DNA of 64,000 bases from an uncultured Candidatus Saccharibacteria bacterium (GTDB lineage Bacteria > Patescibacteriota > Dojkabacteria > SC72), in assembly GCA_964610125.1 (NCBI GenBank), contig CAZSUV010000001.1:319877-383876 (forward strand), in the 5' to 3' direction. Shown piece after piece: positions 55,153-64,000 of the stretch. The notes below the pieces were generated by a model that saw only the letters and a program-made list of their open reading frames with translations, was not told where the DNA came from and did no database searches. The first letter of the stretch is position 1, and each line of letters begins with the position of its first letter. The translations under genes and the position numbers were made by a program.

Positions 55153-55440
55153 TTATTCCCTAGAGAAGGATTTGAGGAGCTCAGAGAGTATAAAGGCCGC
55201 TATCATAAAGAAAACGAGAGCTACGATAGGGGTTAGCGAGAGTGTAAATCTATCTATCTGTATTGCGTTTGTAGTTATACCCTCAAATGGTTTTACAAAG
55301 ATATCACTTGTATTCATAATCCAGCTTACGATTGTATTTTGAATGTTTGCGTTAATAATTGATAATACAATTCGAGTAATTATTAGTGCTTCTACAAGCA
55401 TTGTTGCGGTGTATACAAGTCTGATTAATAGTTTTAACAT
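55153..55440 (-). CDS. YggT-family small membrane protein
   Basis: 95 aa. Two TM segments with an LVEALIITRIVLS...IVALVFFMIAAFIL organisation typical of YggT/Ycf19. Confidence 0.5.
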   Translation of the reverse strand: MLKLLIRLVYTATMLVEALIITRIVLSIINANIQNTIVSWIMNTSDIFVKPFEGITTNAIQIDRFTLSLTPIVALVFFMIAAFILSELLKSFSRE

Positions 55441-55442
55441 GG

Positions 55443-56192
55443 TTATAGATTATCAAGATTATCTGCGTAATAGTCAAGTTCTTTCATAAATCGAGAAACT
55501 GTGTTTGCCCAAACATGCGATGTTCCTTCTGCACATGGTGGACAATATGCGGGTTCAATTTCAAATGGTGTAAGAGTTACTCCGTATCCCTGAGAAAGTC
55601 CTCGAGTAATTTCTTTAATTCCATCTGTCCATGTCGCGAACACACTCCATCCATTTGCGTTCTTGTTAATTCCTCTCCATCCCCATGCATTGTTTGAATT
55701 CCCTCCTGGGGTAATATTCCCAAATGCAGATTCTACTCCAGAAATTGAAGCTACAAGCCTCCAATCTAGCCCATATCTGTCCGCTTCTGTGACAAACACA
55801 TTAGAATACTGTGCCATTGGTGAATGATAGTCGGTTAAAAATTTATTCATTGCCAATATTCTTGGATCAACTGTTAGAAATCGTGATACTCCAGATTTCT
55901 TTGCATCGGCGATATTAGTAGAAAGAGTGTATTCTGGAGAATAAATATGGATATCAAATACTGGAGAAAGAGAGTTGATTTGAGTTTGAGAATTTTCTTG
56001 CGAGACTTTCTCTATGGCATCAACCATAATCTTTTCGTAGTGTGGCGATACAAAGATATAGTACAGAACAAGTACTATGGCTACCATCAGTGCTCTAGTA
56101 ATTCTAGAGTGATATAAAGACTGAATAGACAACTGTTTTAACTTAATACCTATTAGTTCTGTCATAATATCCAGTATAACAGAAAGGGGCAA
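55443..56192 (-). CDS. N-terminally anchored exported protein of unknown function (possible cell-wall hydrolase fold)
   Basis: TM ALMVAIVLVLYYIFV. Trp/Gly-rich C-terminal domain (NNAWGWRGINKNANGWSVFATWTDG) with a CPPCAEG segment. Confidence 0.3.
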   Translation of the reverse strand: MPLSVILDIMTELIGIKLKQLSIQSLYHSRITRALMVAIVLVLYYIFVSPHYEKIMVDAIEKVSQENSQTQINSLSPVFDIHIYSPEYTLSTNIADAKKSGVSRFLTVDPRILAMNKFLTDYHSPMAQYSNVFVTEADRYGLDWRLVASISGVESAFGNITPGGNSNNAWGWRGINKNANGWSVFATWTDGIKEITRGLSQGYGVTLTPFEIEPAYCPPCAEGTSHVWANTVSRFMKELDYYADNLDNL

Positions 56193-56200
56193 TATTTGTT

Positions 56201-59200
56201 ATGTTTACTCATCTACATTTACATACAGAGTACTCTTTGTTGGATGCTACTATTAGAATTCCAGCACTGATTCAGAAACTTCAAGATTCAGGTATGACCT
56301 CTTGCGCTATCACGGACCATGGGAATATGTACGGCGCATTCAAATTCAAAAATGCAATGACTGAAGCTGGCCTTAAACCTATCATTGGTTGTGAGATATA
56401 TGTTGCACCAAGGGGCATGGATTTGAAGGAATTTGGAATAGATAACAAATATAATCACCTGATATTGCTTGCTAAGAATCTCGAGGGTTACAAAAACTTA
56501 ATGAAGATTGTATCCATTGCCCATATGGACGGCTTCTATTACAAACCCAGAATAGATTTTGAAACACTTTCAAAATATACAAAGGATATCGTCTGTACAT
56601 CTGCATGTTTAGCTGGCCCAATATCTCGACCATTGTTGGAAAGTAATTACAATCTAGCTCTAGAAACTGCAAAAAAGTATTCTGAAGCATTTAAGGATAA
56701 CTTCTATATCGAAATTCAAAGAAACGGTATGGAGGAGCAGGAGAAAGTTAATGAAGGATTAATAAAGATTTCAAAAGAGCTAAATCTCCCTCTTGTAGCT
56801 ACGTGTGATGCCCACTATTTAAATAAAGAAGATGCAGCAATACAGGAAATTCTTTGGTGCATCAGTGATGGGACTACAATGGATGATCCTAAAAAGCGGG
56901 CTATGCCGACCAACGAGTTCTATGTTAAAACCCCCGATGAGATGAATGAACTCTTCAGGGATATCCCTGAAGCTATTGAGAATACTCAAAAAATATCGGA
57001 TATGATCGAGGAATATGAAATGTCCTTTGGAAGAATTGAACCCCACTATTTAGATCTTCCAGAAGGAGAAACTACATCTACATTCCTTCATAAGGTAACA
57101 TTTGAGGGTGCTAAGGAGAAATATGGTGAGATAACTAAAGAATTGGAAGAAAGATTGGAATATGAACTTAAAGTCATAGGTGACAAAGGTTACAATGATT
57201 ACTTCCTTGTTGTCCGTGACTTTGTTAAGTTCTGTAGAGATAACGGTATTGTAGTAAGTATGAGAGGCTCAGGTTGTGGATCGGCAGTAGCATATTGTAT
57301 TGATATTACAAATATTGAGCCAATCGGATGGGAACTGTACTTTGAAAGGTTCTTGAATCCTGAGAGAGAATCTCCGCCAGATTTTGATATTGATATTGCA
57401 GATAAAAGAAGAGGGGAATTGATTGAATATACAATACAAAAATATGGAGCGGATAACGTAAAACAAATTGGTACCTTTAGTAAGCTTCAAACAAGACAAG
57501 CCATAAAGGATGTGGGGAGAGTTTTAGGCATTGATTTAGCAATAACCAATAAACTTGCGAAGATGGTCGAAATAGTCTTTGGTAAAGCCAAGGATATTGA
57601 TTACATGATTGAACATAATCCAGAATTTGCTGAATTAATCAATTCTTCGGATAAAACACTTGAGCTTAAAGAAATTGTTAAAAAAGTTTCTGGTATTGCG
57701 CGAGGGACTTCCACTCATGCTTGTGGTGTCATAGTTGCACCTGAACCAGTTGTGAACTTCTGCCCGATACAGAGAGATTCGCATGGTGGTGGTATTGGTA
57801 TGACACAGTATGAAATGGCAGATGCAGAAGCTACTGGCTTAATGAAATTTGACTTCCTAGGTCTAAGAAATCTTAACGTAATAGGTGAGGCTGTAAAAAA
57901 AGTTGAAGTAAATACAGGTACAAAATTGAACCTAAGAACACTTGATAAGCATGACGAAGCGTCATTCAAGGTAATGCAAGAAGGACATACCGTAGGAATA
58001 TTCCAAATGGAAAGTGAAGGTATGAAACGTGTTGTTAAATCAGTATTTCCAGAGACTCTTGAAGACGTCTGCTACATATTGGCCGCATATCGCCCCGGTC
58101 CTATGCAGTTCATCTCAGAATATGTTGATGTAAAAAGGGGTAAGAAAAAAGTCGAATATATATTCCCAGAACTAGAACCAATTCTTTGTGTTACCAATGG
58201 TGTTATCACTTACCAGGAGCATATTATGAGTATTGTAAAAGAAATTGGCGGATATACCATGGGCAATGCAGCCGCATTAATGAAACTGATGAGTAAGAAA
58301 AAATTTGACAAAGTTGAGCATGAAAAACCAATATTCATGGAAGGTGCAATGAAGAAAGGTTTTGATGAAACTAAACTCAATGAACTCTGGGAAAAATTAC
58401 TTTTGTTTGCAAACTACGGTTTTAACAAAGCCCACAGTGCATCATATGCTACTGTTTCTTACTGGACTGCATATCTCAAGGCCCACTATCCATTGGAATT
58501 CATGGCGGCCCTTTTGGAAGGAGACCTAGATAACTTTGATCGTGTCATTATTGATCTTGATGAATGTGAACGATTGAATATAGATGTGCTTCCTCCGACT
58601 ATTAATGAAAGTAATTACTACTTTAAAGTGGAAGGAGACCACGCGATTAGATTTGGATTAGGAGGTATAAAGAATGTTGGTGAGGACATAGTTAAGGCAG
58701 TCGTAGAGGAGAGAAAAAAGAATGGAGAATACAAGCATTTAGATGATTTTGTTCATAGACTATTTCAATCTGTTACTAAACGATCTATCGAATATATGAT
58801 TATGGCTGGTACTATGGATTCATTTGGTGATAGGAATACCCTGCTTCAATTAGTTCCCAATATTTATGAAAAGGAAAAGGTAAGAAACAAGTCATTAACA
58901 CTGGGGCAGATAGATATATTTTCATTAGATCAAGATGCCTCAAAGAAGGAAGAGACTGTTGGTATGACACCATTGCCGAATATAGAAAAAACACCTGTAT
59001 CCCAAGCATTGGCATGGGAAAAAGAACTCCTAGGTTTGTACTTCTCTAGCCATCCATTAGATGCATTCCAAGAATTCTTTGAAAGTAAAAATGTTATATC
59101 CATTCGTGACGCACTTGAAAACAAGAAGAACAACGACATGGTTATACTTGGGGTTATGGTAGACAAGATTAGAAAGATTTCTACTAAGAAGGGTGATATG

Positions 59201-59596
59201 ATGGCATTTTTAACAGTTGAAGATAAATCGGCTACCTCGGACGCTATTGTATTCCCTCGTACATATCAGGAATTGAAAGACACGTTAGTAGAAAACAAAC
59301 CTATGCTTCTTGCAGGAAAAATAAATGTTAAGGAAGGTGAAAAAAGTATTATTGTCGAGAAGGCTAAATATATTGATGAGGTTAAATGTAAATCTGAATT
59401 TGAGGGTGTTACATTTAGAATAAAACCGACACATACGGAAGAAGAGATTGCCCAATTAAAGGCCTTTATAGCCAATTCGGAAGGCGATTTAGCAGTAAAG
59501 ATAATCGTTGATAACGGAGAAAGCAAGAAAACGGTTATGCTGGCTAAAAAAATCCCGATGAATGAAGAAACAAAGAAATGGTTAAGGAAGTTCTAA
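56201..59596 (+). CDS. dnaE: DNA polymerase III alpha subunit
   Basis: PHP-domain start MFTHLHLHTEYSLLDATIRIP, 1131 aa, with palm/fingers and a C-terminal OB region. Confidence 0.95.
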   Translation: MFTHLHLHTEYSLLDATIRIPALIQKLQDSGMTSCAITDHGNMYGAFKFKNAMTEAGLKPIIGCEIYVAPRGMDLKEFGIDNKYNHLILLAKNLEGYKNLMKIVSIAHMDGFYYKPRIDFETLSKYTKDIVCTSACLAGPISRPLLESNYNLALETAKKYSEAFKDNFYIEIQRNGMEEQEKVNEGLIKISKELNLPLVATCDAHYLNKEDAAIQEILWCISDGTTMDDPKKRAMPTNEFYVKTPDEMNELFRDIPEAIENTQKISDMIEEYEMSFGRIEPHYLDLPEGETTSTFLHKVTFEGAKEKYGEITKELEERLEYELKVIGDKGYNDYFLVVRDFVKFCRDNGIVVSMRGSGCGSAVAYCIDITNIEPIGWELYFERFLNPERESPPDFDIDIADKRRGELIEYTIQKYGADNVKQIGTFSKLQTRQAIKDVGRVLGIDLAITNKLAKMVEIVFGKAKDIDYMIEHNPEFAELINSSDKTLELKEIVKKVSGIARGTSTHACGVIVAPEPVVNFCPIQRDSHGGGIGMTQYEMADAEATGLMKFDFLGLRNLNVIGEAVKKVEVNTGTKLNLRTLDKHDEASFKVMQEGHTVGIFQMESEGMKRVVKSVFPETLEDVCYILAAYRPGPMQFISEYVDVKRGKKKVEYIFPELEPILCVTNGVITYQEHIMSIVKEIGGYTMGNAAALMKLMSKKKFDKVEHEKPIFMEGAMKKGFDETKLNELWEKLLLFANYGFNKAHSASYATVSYWTAYLKAHYPLEFMAALLEGDLDNFDRVIIDLDECERLNIDVLPPTINESNYYFKVEGDHAIRFGLGGIKNVGEDIVKAVVEERKKNGEYKHLDDFVHRLFQSVTKRSIEYMIMAGTMDSFGDRNTLLQLVPNIYEKEKVRNKSLTLGQIDIFSLDQDASKKEETVGMTPLPNIEKTPVSQALAWEKELLGLYFSSHPLDAFQEFFESKNVISIRDALENKKNNDMVILGVMVDKIRKISTKKGDMMAFLTVEDKSATSDAIVFPRTYQELKDTLVENKPMLLAGKINVKEGEKSIIVEKAKYIDEVKCKSEFEGVTFRIKPTHTEEEIAQLKAFIANSEGDLAVKIIVDNGESKKTVMLAKKIPMNEETKKWLRKF

Positions 59597-59611
59597 TGGT
59601 ATAATATACCC

Positions 59612-61075
59612 ATGAATGAAGCTATACAAAGAAAATTAGAAACACTTCCACATAAACCAGGAGTATATCGATTCCTAGATAAGGAAGGAACAATACTTTA
59701 CATAGGGAAAGCCATAAACCTCTACAACAGAGTAAGGTCTTACTTTAACAGTGATTTGTATGACAGACCAAGAATCAAACAAATGATGCCATTAGTAGTG
59801 GATTTAGAAGTCATAGAAACAAATAATGAAATAGAATCGTTAGTATTAGAATCAGCCCTCATAAAGAAATATAACCCTTTGTACAATACAGATCTAAAAG
59901 ATGATAAATCATACGCATGGATATACATATCAACTAAAGACAAATTCCCAACTGTAAAAATTGTAAGAACCCTTAATGAAAAAGAATACAAAAAAGGAGA
60001 ACTCTTTGGTCCATACCCAAGTGGATTAGCTACTAAAAGAATCTTTACATACCTTAGAAAGCTCTACCCATTCTGTAACTGTTGCCAAGAAAATACAAAA
60101 GAATCCCTTTACTACTTCTTAGGGCTTTGCCCAGGGCCATACCAAGGTCATATTACTGAAAAAGATTACAGAAAAAATATTAATGAAATTATTAAATTTC
60201 TGAAAGGTAGAAAAAAAGGACAAATTCAACAATTAGAAAAGGAAATGAGAGTATATTCTTCTGAAAAACAGTATGAAAAGGCAGCGAAACTAAGAGATAG
60301 AATTAACGACCTTAAATATCTTGGGGAAAAAATTGAATTTACATACTTTGATACTGAAGAGGACTACAAAACCAGAAGAAGGAATACATTAAAAAAGAAT
60401 TTTGATGGATTAAGAATAGAGCTCGGTATCGAAGATCTAAATCGTATTGAATGTTATGACATTTCTAATATCTCTGGAAAGGAAGCGTATGGCTCTATGG
60501 TTGTAGCTCAGGATGGTGAAATCAAACGAAGTGAATATCGAATATTCAAAATCAAGTCTATGGATACCCCAAATGATCCAGCAATGTTAACTGAAGTATT
60601 GACTAGAAGATTTGCGAACAAGGAATTTAGTATTTTTCCAAATATTGTCCTTATAGATGGTGGTAAATCTCAATTGGGTGTTGTTAAAAGAGCTATCCCT
60701 GAAGGGATATTCATATTAGGTATATCAAAGGGTAAAAGACACAGGCGCAAAGGCGGAAGATTAATAGATGAGTTCTGGGGAATGTATGGGGATGATATTC
60801 AGCAGCTGGATATACAGAATAGGAGTATATTGATTGATTTGAGAGATGAGGCACATAGGTTTGCAATATTACATCACAGAAAGGCTAGGTCTAGAGATAG
60901 CCAAGCCTCTCCGTTAGAAACTATACCAGGAGTCGGCAAGGTTAGAAGGAAAGCTCTAATGAGTGCATTTGGGAGTATAGAGAATATTAAAAAGGGTAGT
61001 GTGGAGGAATTAGAGAAAGTGTTAGGGAACAAGAAAGCAGCCGAGCAGGTTATTAAACATTTTAAAACTTCTTAG
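59612..61075 (+). CDS. uvrC: excinuclease ABC subunit C (compact form)
   Basis: GIY-YIG KPGVYRFLDKEGTILYIGKAINLYNRVRSYF, UVR domain (QLEKEMRVYSSEKQYEKAAKLRDRINDL), RNase-H-like endonuclease region and a C-terminal HhH IPGVGKVRRKALMSAFGSIENI. 487 aa. Confidence 0.8.
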   Translation: MNEAIQRKLETLPHKPGVYRFLDKEGTILYIGKAINLYNRVRSYFNSDLYDRPRIKQMMPLVVDLEVIETNNEIESLVLESALIKKYNPLYNTDLKDDKSYAWIYISTKDKFPTVKIVRTLNEKEYKKGELFGPYPSGLATKRIFTYLRKLYPFCNCCQENTKESLYYFLGLCPGPYQGHITEKDYRKNINEIIKFLKGRKKGQIQQLEKEMRVYSSEKQYEKAAKLRDRINDLKYLGEKIEFTYFDTEEDYKTRRRNTLKKNFDGLRIELGIEDLNRIECYDISNISGKEAYGSMVVAQDGEIKRSEYRIFKIKSMDTPNDPAMLTEVLTRRFANKEFSIFPNIVLIDGGKSQLGVVKRAIPEGIFILGISKGKRHRRKGGRLIDEFWGMYGDDIQQLDIQNRSILIDLRDEAHRFAILHHRKARSRDSQASPLETIPGVGKVRRKALMSAFGSIENIKKGSVEELEKVLGNKKAAEQVIKHFKTS

Positions 61076-62279
61076 TATCTTGTGGTTTTATATTTTCCAA
61101 TATGAAATCAAAGAATGGATTATGCATTATATTGGAGTCGAGTACATATACAATGTTGTTGTAACTGTCTGAAATGACCGCTACTTCACGATCCTCAGAA
61201 TTAGTACTGATTGTTCCTCTTAACCCCGCTCCAAAGTTGGTGGAGATTACATATGTATTTATAACCCCCCATCTGTCCTCAGAAGATGTATTTAATGATG
61301 TAACGTAATCATTTAAAGCATAATCCAATGCTCTTGTTCCAGCTTTGTCTACAGGCACAAGATTTAGTTTTTCTTCAGTTCCAATCTTCGAAAGAGAAAG
61401 CTGTTGTAATGAAGCATCATATGCTGATGATTTGTAAGCAATTATATATTCCTTCGGTACTTGTAATATCCAAGGGAAATCAGGTAAAAGATCTTGAGAC
61501 TCGTCATCTGTAAGTAGTAGCTCCATATCTGTTTGTTGTTTTACACGGTCTGCTAAACCATTTTGTGCCTCTGCTATAGTTATGGTTTCGTACCAGATAT
61601 CATTGTATTTAGAATATATTCTTAATCCCACGTTATCCTTTGTCCAGTACTGTCCATATTCTTTGTCTGGCACTTCCATTGCTACCATTTGTACAAACTG
61701 CCAGCCTAGGGTTGGAAGGTGTTGGGTATAGAATTCGAAGGCATCATCAATATGAGTATTGTTGGGTAATCTGTATGCTGAATTTCCATTACTTAGGAAA
61801 TTTTTTACTGAATCTTGATTGGTGCTGGTTTGGAATATGAAGACTGAATTTGGGTATGCAGGTATGTGTTCTAAACCGGTTACGTATGTTAGTTCTTGGT
61901 TAGCTTCTTTGTTTCTAAGGTTGTTTATGAACATTACTGCGAAGTATCCTACGACTAATAGTAAGCATCCTAAGAAGAAATATACTGAGAATTTTGGAAT
62001 GGCGATAGGGGATCTTCTTCTTGGGCTATTACTTGTTGTTGCTTGTTTTATTTTTCTAAATATATTTGGTTTTGATGTTCTTATGGGTTTTACTGTTGAT
62101 GCTTTTTTAGGCATATATACTCGTGCATCTTTTCTAAAGGTTGTTTTTCGGGGCTTTCTTAGATTCATATCTTTTATTATATATGGTTTGGGAGTTACAA
62201 GTATAGATATTTTTGTAGTATAATCTGCGAGATTTAATGCGGGATCGTCTAATGGTAGGACATTGGCCTTTGAAGCCAA
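61062..62279 (-). CDS. hypothetical N-terminally anchored protein
   Basis: Basic/Pro-rich N-terminus, a single TM VYFFLGCLLLVVGYFAVMFI and a ~280-aa outer domain. Confidence 0.35.
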   Translation of the reverse strand: MASKANVLPLDDPALNLADYTTKISILVTPKPYIIKDMNLRKPRKTTFRKDARVYMPKKASTVKPIRTSKPNIFRKIKQATTSNSPRRRSPIAIPKFSVYFFLGCLLLVVGYFAVMFINNLRNKEANQELTYVTGLEHIPAYPNSVFIFQTSTNQDSVKNFLSNGNSAYRLPNNTHIDDAFEFYTQHLPTLGWQFVQMVAMEVPDKEYGQYWTKDNVGLRIYSKYNDIWYETITIAEAQNGLADRVKQQTDMELLLTDDESQDLLPDFPWILQVPKEYIIAYKSSAYDASLQQLSLSKIGTEEKLNLVPVDKAGTRALDYALNDYVTSLNTSSEDRWGVINTYVISTNFGAGLRGTISTNSEDREVAVISDSYNNIVYVLDSNIMHNPFFDFILENIKPQDTKKF

Positions 62280-62311
62280 GTATCATAGTTCGAATCTATG
62301 TCCCGCAACCA
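62238..62311 (+). tRNA. tRNA-Gln (anticodon TTG), CCA encoded
   Basis: TGCGGGA-TCGTCTAATGGTAGGAC-ATTGGC-CTTTGAA-GCCAAG-TAT-CATAG-TTCGAAT-CTATG-TCCCGCA-ACCA. U1-A72 as in many bacterial tRNA-Gln. Confidence 0.8.
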
Positions 62312-62369
62312 GTTCATTGTAATCCATGGCTATTCCCTTTTCTGTTTTAATTCTATATTCAAAACTGAA

Positions 62370-62876
62370 ATGATTAGTAAAAAGGTTATTGTTAATGATT
62401 TGATGCAGAAGAATTACACCTATTACTTGACTAAGCCAATTGGATTAGATTTTCAAATTGATTTCACCCCTGAATTGACCCCAAAAGAGATGTTAGAACT
62501 TGGAGTATTTGGTGGGAAGTATATGACGGATTGTACAGAAGAATTTCCAAAAGATTGGTTTGTTAATGCAAAACTTTGTCACTCTAAGCATGATCCTGAA
62601 TTAAACTTTTTCCATATTAATGCTAGTCAACCACTTTCTGTATGGAGAGAGAAGGGTTGGATTCATCCCGATGATCCTAGGGGTTGGTTCCAGTGGTATT
62701 GTAGATACTATATGGGTAGAAGGCATGAGGATGATATTAGACAGATAAAGAGATGGAAAGCAATGAAGAGGCATGTTGCTCAGATTAAGAATAACTGTGA
62801 CAAAGGGGATATGAATTGTAGAAGAAAACAGAGGCAAGCGTTGTTACATTGGGCTTATGATAGTAGGAAGTTCTAG
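62370..62876 (+). CDS. hypothetical conserved protein (Trp/Cys-rich, WFQWYCRYYMGRR motif)
   Basis: The ORF-track start overlaps tRNA-Gln, so I take Met at 62370. No confident family. Confidence 0.35.
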   Translation: MISKKVIVNDLMQKNYTYYLTKPIGLDFQIDFTPELTPKEMLELGVFGGKYMTDCTEEFPKDWFVNAKLCHSKHDPELNFFHINASQPLSVWREKGWIHPDDPRGWFQWYCRYYMGRRHEDDIRQIKRWKAMKRHVAQIKNNCDKGDMNCRRKQRQALLHWAYDSRKF

Positions 62877-62880
62877 AACG

Positions 62881-63813
62881 CTACCTATAAAACAGATAAA
62901 CAATCAACACCATATACGATATCAATATAAACAACCCCTCTTTCTTACTAATATAGAATTTCTTTCCTATCAAAGCAGCGGCTACCAATGCTAAATTATA
63001 CAAAACCAATATAACCAATTCATAAATATAATCATTAAAAGGAAGAGTAGTAACAAAAGAAGAAATACCAATAATAAAGAACAAATTAAAGAAATTAGAA
63101 CCAATAATATTACCCAAACTCAAGGCATCTTTACCCTTCTTAAGTGCAACAACTGAAACAATTAACTCAGGTAATGAAGAACCAATAGCCAATATTGTAA
63201 ATCCTGCAAAGCCCTCTGAAATATGTAATAACCCTGCAAGATCAATAGCAGAATCCACTGCAAATTTACCACCCCCCGCAATTAATCCAATACTTAAAAC
63301 AATTAACAACGGGTGAATCCTAGTGTGAGTCGGAGCGCTATCCATACCCTTACCTTTCTCTCTAAAATATACAAGTACAAAATATGCTGCAAATATTGCC
63401 AGTAGTACTAACCCTGCAATCCAATTAATCTGTCCTCTAGTGAAGTAAAGTATTACGAGGAATATTACTACACTAAGTACAGAAAGTGGGATATCAAATT
63501 TTAGATTAGCTTTATTAATCTTTATAGCCCCAAACAGAGCAGTAATTGCAAGTATAAAGCCGATATTAGCAATACAGCTACCGATTATATTACTTGTAGA
63601 AACTGCAACGTTGCCCTGAGATGCAGCTACAAAACTAATTATGAATTCTGGCAGGGAAGTTCCAAACGCAACAATGGTTATACCAATCAAAAATTCTGGT
63701 ATGTGATATTTTCTAGCAAGTGCAGAGGATTGGTTGATGAATAACTCCGCCCCTTGTACAAGTGCATAGATACTCGCAACAAGTATCCCAATATTTAGAA
63801 TAAATGACCACAT
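62881..63813 (-). CDS. Na+/Ca2+ exchanger (CaCA/YrbG-type) membrane protein
   Basis: Two alpha-repeat regions: GTSLPEFIISFVAASQGNVAVSTSNIIGSCIANIGFIL and GSSLPELIVSVVALKKGKDALSLGNIIGSNFFNLFFIIG. Confidence 0.8.
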   Translation of the reverse strand: MWSFILNIGILVASIYALVQGAELFINQSSALARKYHIPEFLIGITIVAFGTSLPEFIISFVAASQGNVAVSTSNIIGSCIANIGFILAITALFGAIKINKANLKFDIPLSVLSVVIFLVILYFTRGQINWIAGLVLLAIFAAYFVLVYFREKGKGMDSAPTHTRIHPLLIVLSIGLIAGGGKFAVDSAIDLAGLLHISEGFAGFTILAIGSSLPELIVSVVALKKGKDALSLGNIIGSNFFNLFFIIGISSFVTTLPFNDYIYELVILVLYNLALVAAALIGKKFYISKKEGLFILISYMVLIVYLFYR

Positions 63814-63825
63814 AATATATTTTTA

Positions 63826-63975
63826 CTAAAGCAGTTTTAATTTAGCCATTGCAGCTTTTGTTGCCTCTTCACCAATCTTTATTAACTCTGATGGATCTTC
63901 GGCTATCGCGGTAATAGGAAGATTAGGATCTACACTAAGATTAAGAGCAACATCAGCTTGTTTCATACTTGCCAT
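63826..63975 (-). CDS. possible 49-aa ORF (MASMKQADVALNLSVDPNLPITAIAEDPSELIKIGEEATKAAMAKLKLL), 13 nt upstream of the exchanger gene
   Basis: Open frame found by hand translation of the window end. Not in the ORF track. Confidence 0.2.
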   Translation of the reverse strand: MASMKQADVALNLSVDPNLPITAIAEDPSELIKIGEEATKAAMAKLKLL

Positions 63976-64000
63976 TGATAAATTATAAAGAGATGTATCA

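Overview
AT-rich chromosomal segment with the gene content and organisation typical of a small-genome, CPR/Patescibacteria-like bacterium. That lineage call is my inference and has not been checked by search.

Core housekeeping genes dominate. There is a division cluster ftsQ-like/ftsA/ftsZ/SEDS (ftsW/rodA), followed by rplU, a THUMP-type methyltransferase, rpmA and a SpoU-family rRNA methyltransferase. Also present are parB/parA, lepB, gatC-gatB with gatA about 16 kb away, rnhB, dnaE, uvrC, rplS, a HelD-like helicase, uppP, a GT4 glycosyltransferase, two DedA proteins and a CaCA exchanger. There is a complete iPGM gene (gpmI) and the C-terminus of a second iPGM-like gene at the window start.

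I recognised nine tRNAs by hand-folding: Phe-GAA, Gly-GCC, Glu-TTC, Leu-TAG, Thr-CGT, Gly-CCC, Lys-TTT, Gly-TCC and Gln-TTG.

Accessory content clusters around the tRNAs.
- A ~6-kb integrative element sits in tRNA-Lys, bounded by a 15-bp perfect direct repeat. It carries a large serine recombinase plus a small upstream ORF. Its cargo is a Zn-ribbon membrane protein behind a long structured leader, a trio of ~45-bp-spaced direct repeats, a retropepsin-like (DTG) aspartyl protease and a SEC-C-motif protein.
- A HEPN protein lies next to an octapeptide tandem-repeat protein between tRNA-Thr and tRNA-Gly. The repeat is a 24-bp unit present about ten times at the DNA level.
- A Fic-like protein has a degenerate active-site motif.
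- A methyltransferase-like gene is bracketed by identical 26-bp hairpin repeats.

Other notable items are a 2124-aa secreted giant surface protein and a five-gene block of exported or membrane-anchored proteins that includes a transglutaminase-like protein lacking the catalytic residues.

All calls are from reading the translations and sequence by eye. No searches were run.
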